A stretch of 64,000 nucleotides of DNA. Source: Camelus ferus (taxonomy: Eukaryota). The translations under genes and the position numbers were made by a program. Under the pieces are notes generated by a model. The model searched no databases and was not told the DNA's origin. It saw nothing but the letters and a program-made list of their open reading frames with translations. The stretch's first letter is position 1. The number at the start of each line of letters is the position of its first letter. Shown piece by piece: positions 25,631-36,571 of the stretch. The stretch covers positions 62,248,001 through 62,312,000 of the forward strand of contig NC_045704.1 in NCBI RefSeq assembly GCF_009834535.1, in the 5' to 3' direction.

Positions 25631-28600
25631 GCTCAACCATTCCTTCATCAGCCAGTGTTTCCTGAGCAGTTACTGTGTGTCCGGCCCTGGGTTAGACACG
25701 AGGGGTATGATGATGAGTGAAGCCAGCCCCATCCCTGCACCCCAAGAGCCCATGATCTAATGAGAACTCATCACAGAATCCCCACAATCAACATGAAAGT
25801 TGGGGCTGTGGCGGGGGATCTGGAGAGGTCTGTGGTGCTGTGGGGGCGGGTGTCAGAGCAGTCAGCCCAGTCTCGGCGGCCGGCCCCCACATCTGACTCA
25901 ACTCTACCCCCAATTCCAAGCCCCAGGCCCACACGAAGGGATTGCTCACTGGCTGTTTCTTTACCCACTGGGGCCAAATTGGCTTCCACCCCGTCTCTCT
26001 TCCAGGCCCCCAACCCCAGGGTAACTTAACAGCACTTCCTGCCCAGTGCTTCAGAGATTCTTTTAGGTCTCCTGTGGCTTTCCCAAAAGTGTAGCGGATG
26101 CTTCTCTGCTGATGATGAGAGATTCAGACAAGCCACTTAATGATTAAGAGACTAGAAGTGTTCTCTAAGAGACAGGGGAACATCGTTCTTGCTTTGCTCA
26201 GCCTGGATTCCCAAGACAGACGCAGAGGCTTTGACGCCACTCACTGCCTATTTAGGAGGAGGAAGGCTAGCCCTGGAGAAGAACAAAGCACTCGGGGGCA
26301 GTGGGAACAGAAGGAATGAGAGCATTTGGATTTCAAAACAAAGTTGCTAGATTCCTTGCAGCGGGTAATAGACAGACACCAGCTAGGCATTCTTGGGCCA
26401 TCTCAATTGGCGATGGCTGAAGATAGACTTTTCCAGTTTGAATGGTTGTTATGGCTAGCAAGGACCTTAAGGCTACAACATCTAGTGAGATGCTCTCATT
26501 TTACAGACTGAAGCCCAGAACTGTGAAATAAGCCCAATGGCTCTCGGCTAGTTAGTAGTGGAGGGACTAAGGCCCAAGTCTCCTGACGTGTGGTTCACTG
26601 CTCTTTCCTGGGCAGTCCACGGATAGGAATTTTTTCCTATGCCCAGGGCTGTGTGCATGCATTAAGGAGAGAGAAGTGCTTTAATGAGCTATTGCAGATG
26701 GGCTGATGGGAAACTAGCAAGAGCAATGCTGCGCAACAGATGGGCCTTTACGAATCTTACTGCCCGGACACCTGGGCCCTGTGGCCAGGGGAGAGTGCTA
26801 CCATGACAGGCAGCAATGTCAGGTGGACAAGCTGCATGTACTTAAGGACTGACTTCTCTAGGAGCCCACTCCCTGGCTGCAGACCCACTCCCTTCAAGCA
26901 CTAGCCAAGACTTTTACCAGCTACTACTGTGCTCGTATTCCCCCATCAGCCCCCCGGTTAGCAGCAGAGAGGGCCACGTTGGATTCTGCAGCTTTCTGGC
27001 CAGCAGTGACCTCTCCAGCACCAGAGAGCTCATTACCAGCCAGGGGCCCTACGGCGGCCTCCCCAGATGGAGGGTGAAGATGAAAGCAATAACACGCTGG
27101 CTGTTCCGCAGCCTCTGGTCACCCCTGGTTTTATTAAAGCCAAAGTCTCAGACATCCCTAGTGAGGATAAAAGGCAGGCAAGATGCACAAGATCTGAGGC
27201 TGGAACCTCCTCAGATAGGCAATGGTGCAGAGAGGACCTGGCCAGGCTGCCTGTGGGGCTGAGCTGGGCCTGGCTTTCGAGAGAGGAAGGTGGCTACCAG
27301 GAGATGTCAACTCTCTGTTTGCTTAGCCCCATCTCTCTATTTACTCAAAAGGAACCTATTTATTTTCCTTTATCAAATAACCCAGTCTTCTGCTGCCTAC
27401 GCGTGCAGGGGAGTTAATATCCCCCTTGAGCCACTGAACCAAGAGCAGCCATCTCTCTGTCAGGTCCAAAGAGACCCAATCACCCACAGCACAAGGTCCT
27501 GGGACTGGGCTTCCGGCCCCCCAACCCCTGTTTCCTCTCTGCCTCCAAGTCATAGTGGGATCTTGGCCCACTCCCTGGCCTGTTCAGGCCCAGTGATGGA
27601 GGATGGAGCTCACTGTTGAAAGCAGGGACCAGGATGAGGGTGGGGGTTCCAAACCACACTGCAGACTCAGCACTGAGCATGCCCACAGTTGCCATAGTTC
27701 TATCGAGAAAAGAAGGGGTACCGTTAGGTGGGTGCTCTCCCTGGAGGAAGACATCCTTGAGAGCACCTCATGGAGCCACAGGTGATTCTGTTTGCCTTAA
27801 AGGATTGCCCACATCCCCAGGCAAGTCTCCCAAGGTCACAAACAAATCAACTTAGACTTCCTGAAATAAGACAGCCTCTGAAGGCTCGTCTCTGCATCTG
27901 CCAGGTGGCCACGTGGGAAGCCCCATGTAGGGACCCAGTGACAGCAGCCTTTTGTTCCCTCCCTCTCAGAGGGGCTGTAGGAGCTTCTAAATTCCTTCCC
28001 AGGGCCCTAACTTGATCCTAACACTGATATGGAGAATGACCCTCTCAAGGGTTCTTCTGACTAAAATGTAACCCTCTGTTTCTCCAGCATCTGTGTGTCT
28101 CCTCTTGTGCTACTGGGTACCTCTGACGCACAGTGGTGTAGAGCAAAGCCCCTGCCCCAGAGGGGCCTCCAGTCCCTGGATGCTACAGGAAGGCACAACT
28201 ACAGCAAAGCGAGGATTTGGTAATATCTGTGAGCAGCTCAGGGGCAAAAAGTGTTGCAAGAATGTAGGGGAGAGATGCTCTCTGTGGTCTGGATCCTGGA
28301 CGAGGATCCCTGTGGGGAACATGACCCTGGGCCCTACAAGATGCCTGGGGTTGTCCAAGGAAGGATAAGAGGAGGAAGCCTTTTGGCCAAAGGGACCAAA
28401 GATACACGGGCCATGTGGAGCAGGGGGTTGGCATGGAGGAATAGAGAGAAATACACAGGTGAGGAGGTAAGAGAGGGCCCGATTGTTTAGGGTCCTGAAT
28501 GCAAACTAGGAAGATGAGCCTTGATTCCGGAAGCCAAACAGAGGGAGCCACTGAGAGCACTGGAGCAGCAGCACTGGTCTATGAAAGTCTGGCACCAGAG

Positions 28601-28849
28601 CCCTAGAGAGTTGCGCAACCCTGGGCAGGTTGCTTGACTTCATGAAGCAGTCACTTCCTCCTGTGTGCACCTACCTCTCCAGGCTGAGGTGAGACTTGAG
28701 ATAATTTAGCAAAGGACTTGGCACCTGGTGTGCCCGCAGTAACGTTAGTTCTTATTGCTGTTGTTGAGTCTGAAAGGGTTTCTTTAACTTTGGGCAGGAT
28801 GTAACCTTGGAGGGTTACAACTAAATAAAGGGAGCTGGGGGCTTTCTTG

Positions 28850-29320
28850 GGCCTCGATGCCTCCGCCGGGAACGCAACATTCAGCCAGTGCACCGCGGAC
28901 GGACCCCCGCCGCGTGAGGGGACAGTCCGGCTCCCACGACAGCACGTCAGGGGCCTTTTCCTGTGTCTCTCTCCCTGGACCAGGGGCTCGGAAGACAGGA
29001 GACGCGCCTGAGGGAAATGGGGGTTCTGGCACTTTCTTTTAACTGGTTACCCCCCACCCCAACCCCAGGCTGCGTGCGCGTCGACAGGGGGACAGCACAC
29101 ACCCCGCAAAACATGGAACTTCTAGCAGGTCTCAGTAAATACAAACACAAGGAAAGGTGAAATTGTGATCTAAAGTTTAGAGGCGCCAGGGTTACCTTGA
29201 GAAGCTCCTGAGGTGAGCGTGGAGGGCGTTGCTCTCCTAAGGGTCAGACTCCGGCTGCGCCTCCCACCCACTGCGCCTCCCACCAACTGCGCAATGCCTG
29301 GGCGGGGCTTTACCCCTGAG
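28850..29320. promoter_or_regulatory. CpG-enriched intronic patch (putative promoter/enhancer)
   Basis: Local CpG density is visibly higher than in the flanks; GC box gggcggggc at 29300-29308; short tandem repeats. Confidence 0.4.
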
Positions 29321-30014
29321 CTTTACCCTGGAGTTTCAACCCTGAGTTCTTGTCTGTGAGGTGGAGGGACTAATGACGATATTCCCTGCCTCTCACAGTT
29401 GCTGCGACCCCCCAAGGTGGAAATGGGAGAGCTTTGCGGGGCACAGGAGCTCGTGGGTGTTGGTCTCCGCTCGCTGGCTCTGTGAGCTGGGGGTGGGGGA
29501 GTGGGGGGGTGGCTCTGTCTGCGGTGTGTCCAGCTCTGCCCCAGCCAGATGGCATTCCGCCACACCCCTACACCCCACTTCCCACGCCCAGGGAGCTGAG
29601 AGGATTCCTCTTCTCCTACTCCTGGGATTTGATTGGAGGGGTGGGTAAGAAAAGGATCAGTCTTGGGCTAGGGAAAGGGTGGGTATCAGTGCCATCTAGA
29701 GGAGGCTGTTGGGACCACATGCTCTGGAAAGGGTGGGGGGATTATTCTCCAGGTGGGGCTAAGTATGACGTTTCTCTGAGAGTCCCCAGTTGAGGGAGGT
29801 TCTTTGAGGAGAAGGGACAAACACCTTGGTGTCACCCTTGACTTCTCTCTTTCTCAGAAGTCACCTCTTCGGGGAGGCCTCCCCAGCCAGCCTGTCTAAA
29901 ATTTCAACAACCATGGCCTTCCCCAGCATTTCCTAGCCTCTTTCCATGCCTTACTTTTTTCTCCTTGATCCTTTTTACTATCTAACTGACTTACTTTCTC
30001 TCTCATCCTTTGTC

Positions 30015-30152
30015 CTCGTAAAATGTAAGCTCCATGAGGGCAGCGATTTTTGTCTATTTTGTTCTTTTCTGTATCTCCAGCATACACAGCAACACTCAGC
30101 ACATAGCAGGGGCTCAATTAATATTTGTTGACTGAATGAATGAATAAATGAA
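30015..30152 (+). mobile_element. L2 3' end
   Basis: aatgtaagctccatgagggcagcgatttttgtctattttg...gcacatagcaggggctcaattaatatttgttgactgaatgaatgaat. Confidence 0.85.
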
Positions 30153-31176
30153 CACATGTCCCCATCTGAAAGCAGAGCCACCCAAATCCTGACCTCCTCC
30201 TCTCCCACCCTGGGGCTGTGGGCTTTAAGGGAGGAAACATCTCCATGTCTTGACGTCCCACATCAGTCTCAGAGCCTGAAGGAGAGGTTTTGCAGTGAAA
30301 GCACCCTCCTCCATCAGGTGGGGAGCGGGAAGAGGAGGCGGCCAGCAGTGTGCTGTTTCATTCAACAGCCGGACGTGCTTACCACCTCTGAAGTTTTCTT
30401 ATTTCCTGCTGCTCAGAAACTCCCTAGAATTGGGATCCCTGTCCTTGATGCTTCTGGGGGCAGGAGAGGCGGCAGAGTGTGTGCTCCATGCTGGGTTCAT
30501 TTTTGAAGGATGACCACGTTTAAGGACAAAGTGGTTCCAAGACCTGGCACAAACGTGGAGTGGCGAGCATACATCTCCTTGGTCGGCAGCATGTCCTGGG
30601 TAGGTCCTGATTCCCTGTGCTTTTAGCTGAAGGCTGGGAATTGGAGTGCTAGGTGTGTTTCAGGAGAGGCAAGGAAACTGCCAGGGCAGAGGGACTGGTG
30701 ATGAATGACTGAGCGGAGGGCTAGAAGCAGATCTGCAGGGAGAGGCGACCCCCTGATGACCGAGAGCCTCTTGTACACAACACTGTCATGACCACAGGCC
30801 AGGCAGGACAGGATGTCCAGAGGGCCAGTGACTGAGAAGGATGAGTTGGAGGAGAATAGGACTGGGCCACACAGGGTCTGGAGGCTGCAGCCAAGAGGCG
30901 TAGGTAGGGCAGGTGAGGTCAAAGCAGGAGGGTGAGGATTGGACCAGAGTCTGATCAGAACTGAGATGGAATACTGAAGGGGACAGATTCTACTGAAGAG
31001 CTGAAATTGTTTCCTTGCCTTTTATACCCAGTTACTCCTAGCACGGAGGCCAGACCCTGAGGTCTTACAGACATGGCACTCTGACACGAAGGGCCTTCTC
31101 CTGGGCCCCGGAGTGGCCCTGCAGCTGCCCAGGAGTTGCGTATCCCTCATCTGCCCTCTTCTCTGCTTCTTTGCAG

Positions 31177-31297
31177 GAAAGTGTGGATTTGGGAGAGATC
31201 ATGTTCTCTCTCTGCTACCTGCCCACGGCAGGCAGGCTCACCCTCACCGTGATCAAATGTCGGAACCTTAAGGCGATGGACATCACAGGCTATTCAG
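31177..31297 (+). CDS. SYT6: Synaptotagmin-6 coding exon (start of C2B; ~human exon 4), [40 protein letters not shown]
   Basis: Translation matches SYT6 C2B as recalled. Pyrimidine tract + ttgcag acceptor ends at 31176; donor G|gtacct at 31298. 121 nt; the phase-1 end joins the next exon to form GAT (D). Confidence 0.97.
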
Positions 31298-31404
31298 GTA
31301 CCTCTCCCACCCAAGTGCCTGCCACGTGGCCTCCCAGCAGCCCAGACATTAGCATCTACAAAGATGTTCAGAGAGAAGGGGGAACAATTGCTGGTATTCT
31401 TAGA

Positions 31405-31600
31405 ATAGGGGCACCAGCCCTGCAAGCAAACGGCCTGGCTTTGAATCCCAGTTTTGCCACATCCTTACTGTATAATGCTTTGGTTTCCTGATCGGAAAAA
31501 AAATTATTTACACAGGTTGTTTTAAAAATAAATGAGTTAATTCGTGTCAGTGTTTAAAAATATGCAAAAAACATGATGAGCTCTCTTAAGATATTAGCTG
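31405..31600 (+). mobile_element. MIR SINE
   Basis: ggctttgaatcccagttttgccac...aggttgttttaaaaataaatgagttaat. Confidence 0.65.
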
Positions 31601-32929
31601 ATACTATCGTTCTTTCTCTTCGAGGAGGGAGAGAAGAAGAATAAACAGAAGAAAATTAAGGGAAATCTTTCTAGTTTATGTGAAGCCTCAGGACTTCTAA
31701 GGGTCAGGTCAAGTTGGAGTGTCTAGTGTTTGTAAGTCCATGCAGCCCTGCGGCAGCCCTGCAGACGAAGTCAAAGGAACAGAGCCACTGAAAAGCAAAG
31801 TGCATTTGTATCTGAGGTTTTCCTGCAGGGCTCTGGGCCTCTGCGTCAGCACTAGGAGAGCCGCTATATACAGTGGAAGCAACAAATCCTGTTCTAGCAA
31901 CTGGGGAGACACTGGCTTGCACGCAGCCTCAGAGCCTGCAGGCTGGATACAGCATGAGAGGTTTGATCATTTTCCACGATTTTGCAAGTCGTTGTCAGAG
32001 AAGGTTTTTGAGTTTTGCTGTAACAGAGGAGTCCCAGGAGCCCCCTTTCTCATAGCCCAAGAAGTGAACTGGGGTGGAAGGCATCCCAAAGCCAGACACG
32101 CTGAACAGCCTGGGCTTCACTCGGGGTAGCAAAGGCAGGGAAAGGCTAGGTTTGTTTCCCTAGACCCCTACCCAAGAGGCTTTTCTGAAGATTCCGATGA
32201 CCAACGTAAATCCACTCCAGAGGTGCCTCTGAACTTGGCTGGGAGTATATGTAAGATTTTTCCTTTTATTCATTAATTCTTTCCCAGAAGACTCCTTGGT
32301 ATAATCACAGTTGCCATAAAAAGGTGACAGTCCAGCTGAAAACATCTTGGGCCCAGGCCGAGTACAATTGGAAGAAGATCAGATATTAGGCCTCGAAAAA
32401 TGAGGTTTCAGGGAAGGGTGGTCAAGAAACGCTGAAGTAAGGTGTATTTGTGGTGGCTTTGAATCACTCAGAGCCTCTGCTCCCAGTCCCCATGGTCTCT
32501 CTGCAGCACTCACGCCTTCCAGGCCAAAAGCTGCCCCAGAAAACACCTGTCCTCATGCCTCTCCTTCCACTGGAGCTGCCATCACACATTGGGACATGGT
32601 GAGGAGCTTAAAGAACCTCTTCCGACACGTGCAAAGCACTTAGGCAGCAGCAAGCTGGCTTCCTCCAAAAATACAACTGATGTAGATTTCATTTTAATAT
32701 TAAAATAAGTGTATGCAGGGACGGAAATTCACTGAGGACTCTCCAGACTGCTGGAGGAAATAGGATTTTGTGCCCAAGTCCCCACACTATCTTCTCTGGT
32801 GTAATTAAATTGATGCTAGAGAGAGCTTGTGGCAAAGTCATGGAGGTAATAGTAAATCAGAGGGTTGAGGGTGAGAGAGTTTTCTCATTCTAAGGTCTTA
32901 CCTCCCTCTCACAATTGCCTCTCTTTTCT

Positions 32930-33100
32930 ACCTGCGAATCTGATATTAAATCTCAGCTAGATTCTGTAGATTCAGTGGTCCTCTCTTTGTCAGGGATTTC
33001 TGTCTATTTTGTTCGCTGATATAAGCAAGTGTATGGAACAGTGCATGGAACGCAATCAGCATTGAATAAATATGTATTGAATGATGAATGAATGAATGGA
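32930..33100 (+). mobile_element. L2 3' end
   Basis: gggatttctgtctattttgttcgctg...aataaatatgtattgaatgatgaatgaatgaat. Confidence 0.75.
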
Positions 33101-33539
33101 TTTATAGCATAAGGAACCTTGTCATAGCATGATGCTAGGGGCCTTTTAAACTAAATCTCCTGTTTTGGAGGGTAAGTTTAAGGTTGCCTCCAGCTCAGCC
33201 TCCTTTGATGTTGGACTAACCTAGGGGGTGAATGGAGCTCATTAATTGCCTGTTTCTGATTTATATGACCTTGACTTCTAAAACCAATGGTCTTCCTGTT
33301 CTCCTTGATCTAAACTAGCTGTGAATCAATTCTCTAAGTCTAGCCACTGGAACCATGACAACAAAAATAATACAAGATAATAACAAGGATCAGTACACCC
33401 CAAAGGGGTGGTGAGTGCATAAACCCACCCTCTCTGCCACATCTGCTCTGTCCTGCTTTGAGTCTAGTAGTTACAGATGTAAACTTTGGAGTCTGAAGAC
33501 ACTTTCCAAGGCAATGTTCACTCTTAAGGAGTGTAGAGG

Positions 33540-33840
33540 TTGCCATGCTAATGGGAGATCTTGGACTTGAACACTGTCTAGGGCGTAGCTATAGAGAATG
33601 GAGCCTGCGGAAACTGGGGAGAAGTTGTGGGGACTCCTTCCTTCTTACTGAACGTCCCCCCAAGAGATAGCCCTTGCAAATGGGTAGTCAGAGACAGCAG
33701 GGTGATTGCACACCTCATGGTCTCTCCTGGCCTCCCATAAACCCGATGCCCCCTTGGCTAAGGCACAGCTGCAGCTGTCACATTGGTTAGTCAGTGGCTC
33801 ACTTGGGTGTCTACAGAAATGCCTTTAAGGCTTGAGCTTC
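33540..33840. mobile_element. Possible ancient ERVL-type LTR fragment
   Basis: Loose resemblance to old ERVL LTRs (ggctaaggcacagctgcagctg...); family uncertain. Confidence 0.25.
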
Positions 33841-35076
33841 TCATCAAGTGTCACAGTTCTCTGTAGCTACCCCAAGGTTGTGCGCCTCATCTGCCATCTG
33901 AACAAGTCTCCCGGGAGCACAAGGGCCTAGTGGGCACTTGGGTGCCCAGGAGATAGAACCATACGCCAGTGCCTTGGGGAGCCGGGAGCTGCTGCTTGGC
34001 CCGCACCTCCTGACAGATTCACAGGAGCCCTGGCTTCTGGGCAAGAAAGGTGTCTCAGCACATCAGTGTCTCAAAAGCTGTTATTACCTACAAGTAGCCC
34101 TCCCATTTCTTGAGCTGTGCACCATAAATAACAATTATGGTGGTGACCGAGACACCTGTGCTATGAGACACAATAGGTGTCACTTCACTTGGATGAGTAG
34201 AAAATTTCAGGCTAGAAAGATGACCATGAAATTACTCGTTCAGAAAACTAAAGAAAGACCAGAAATGGGAGGCACATCGAGCTTCAGTTAAAAAGACATC
34301 TCCTCGAGGGATGGAGGGAGTCCAAGATCTCACCGAGTAATGAAATGCCAACCGGCCACCCTGAGTCTCAGGAGGCCACCACACTCACTGCCCCGGCCAC
34401 AGCCCTCTCCTCCTCCGCTGCCCAGAGTGGGCAGGAAATGGCTTCTGGGGAAGCAGAGATGCTCCCCTTCCTGATGCCAGATGGAGTGAGCTTCATGGGA
34501 CAAGGAGACCCATAATCCTGTTGTCAGGTGGGGAGGACCCAAAAAGCGTCGTGATTGTCACTGTTCATTTACTTTGTCACATTGCTACTCCTTGGGTGTC
34601 AACGATTCTATTTTTACTTTCCTTATCCTTTTGTTAATAAGGCTGACAAGGCCCCTGCAGAGAAAATGCTCCAAGTAGGTGAAAGAAAGGAAGGAAGGAA
34701 GAGAGTGCCCTTGTCCAGCTTTGCCACCCTTTGGAGCCAGCCGGTCACCGGGGAGCTGAGATTGAGGGCTGTGAACTGCACACTCATGGGCAGGTGTCCT
34801 GTCTGATTTGGGCCAGCTTCCCCAATAGTGAAAGTCCATTAAGCACTCTCCTAAGAAGCCTGAGGTCCCTAAAGACTCTGTGTTTATTAAGCACGGAGCA
34901 TCCTCAGAGACAGGTGTGCAATGTAAGTACAAGGTGGTTTAATTATTTTAACAACCCACTGATACCATCTGATGAACAACAGTAGGTCTGGGGCTTCCAT
35001 GCCTCTGCGGCACATGATGTTTGAGGACACCTGTTTAACACACTCCCTTCCCTTCCCACTGCCCCCCTTGGCACAG

Positions 35077-35248
35077 ATCCATACGTCAAAGTGTCCCTGC
35101 TTTGTGACGGGCGGAGACTGAAGAAAAAGAAAACCACCATAAAGAAGAACACCCTTAACCCCGTCTACAATGAGGCCATCATCTTTGACATTCCCCCAGA
35201 GAATATGGATCAAGTCAGCCTGCTTATCTCGGTTATGGATTACGATCG
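35077..35248 (+). CDS. SYT6: Synaptotagmin-6 coding exon (C2B core; ~exon 5), [58 protein letters not shown]
   Basis: C2 signatures SDPYVK, polybasic KKKKT and MDYD. Acceptor ggcacag| and donor cg|gtaggt. 172 nt, with phases compatible with both neighbours. Confidence 0.97.
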
Positions 35249-36420
35249 GTAGGTACAGGTACCAGAGGCCAAAATTCCCTGCCCCTCACCCCAACTCCAA
35301 TACAGCACAGGGCTCCTTGACCTTGGACCTTGTGGTTCACGACTCAGCCACTCACTGGCCTTGAATCTGGCTCTACCCAAGGAGGAGCACAGGTTTCCCC
35401 AAAGCAGAAGCTCAAACTTGCTTCCCAGCAGGGCCCGTTTCCATCAGGGGCTGCCCCACCCCTATCAGTTTCCCTGAATTCACCCTCAACTATTCCCATT
35501 CCTCTGTCTGGCCCAAGTCTGAGCCTCTGTCCTTAAGAATCCCTCTATTCTCTCCATTTGTACTGCTGCTATCACTCCCATGTAGGGATGGCTGTGCAGC
35601 CTCCTAGCTGACCCCTGCCTTTATCAGTCCTGCCCCAACCCAGCAAACATGCCAAAGGCACACTTTCCCAAAAGACCACTCTGTTCCTGGACCTGGCCTT
35701 CCCAAGAATCAACGGCTCCTGTTGTCCACGCTCATCTCCTGGACGCTCAAGGACTTCCAGACCCGGCCTCAGCAGATCCGTCCAACTTGATTTCCCCTCC
35801 CTGGATATGCTTCTTCTCTTCCACTTTCCAAACCCCATCAAGGTTGGCTCTCAAACACATTTTCCAACTACTCCAGCCACTGTTCCTCCCTCTCTCCAGT
35901 TGTCACTTTAGCTGAAGGAGGGGAAAAAACATGCAGTAAAGCCTCAATCCAGCATCTTTAGCACAAGTTCTCAGGCATAGTAGGCACTCAGTGAACAAAT
36001 GTGAGTGATGATTGATGTTCTTGCTGTGTGAATAGATCACATCACAGCCGCTGGTTTTGGAGAAACCGTACTCAGAGCAGGTTGATTTATTTCCAAACAG
36101 CACTGATGTCTTAGGCGCTCACTGAGTCCAATAAAAGAAGAGATTTACCCTCTCCCACTCCCCAAAGTCAGGCCGTCTGCCACAGTTCCTGAGATTCCAA
36201 ACAAGTTTAGAACATGTTGCTCATCTGTCTGGGTCCAATATCCACCCAAAGAGGCTGGGCAAAGTTTCACTGCCACTGTCACCCCAAGGCCCTGTCCAGC
36301 ACCTCTGTACAGAGCTCAGCTTTCTGAGTTAGACCTGTGGGGCTGAGGCCCAGCCTCTGGGACCTCCCCTTCTGAGAGTATGTCTGGTCACCAGTGCCAG
36401 GTGCTTCGTTTCTCCCTTAG

Positions 36421-36571
36421 TGTGGGCCACAACGAGATCATCGGAGTCTGTCGTGTGGGGATCAGCGCCGAGGGCCTGGGCAGGGACCACTGGAATGAGA
36501 TGCTGGCGTACCCACGGAAGCCCATCGCACACTGGCACTCCTTGGTGGAGGTAAAGAAATCCTTCAAAGAG
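36421..36571 (+). CDS. SYT6: Synaptotagmin-6 coding exon (end of C2B with WHxL motif; ~exon 6), [50 protein letters not shown]
   Basis: Acceptor tctcccttag| at 36420; donor gag|gtgggt at 36572. 151 nt. Contains HW.EM and WHSL motifs typical of synaptotagmins. A second internal donor gag|gtaaag lies at 36551. Confidence 0.97.

Noticed and set aside
28880-28905. REST/RE1-like sequence ttcagccagtgcaccgcggacgg
   Set aside because: The core GCACC.CGGAC is present, but the left half is displaced by an insertion and the right half lacks AGCGCC; too degenerate to call.
1-31176. Search for SYT6 TM/C2A exons or another nested protein-coding gene
   Set aside because: No C2A motifs (e.g. SDPYVKI, DFDRFS) or other recognisable protein in any ORF; these exons must lie upstream of the window.
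31298-31491. 64-codon read-through after the first C2B exon
   Set aside because: Modest length, runs into a MIR, and would truncate C2B; no supporting poly(A) context noted.
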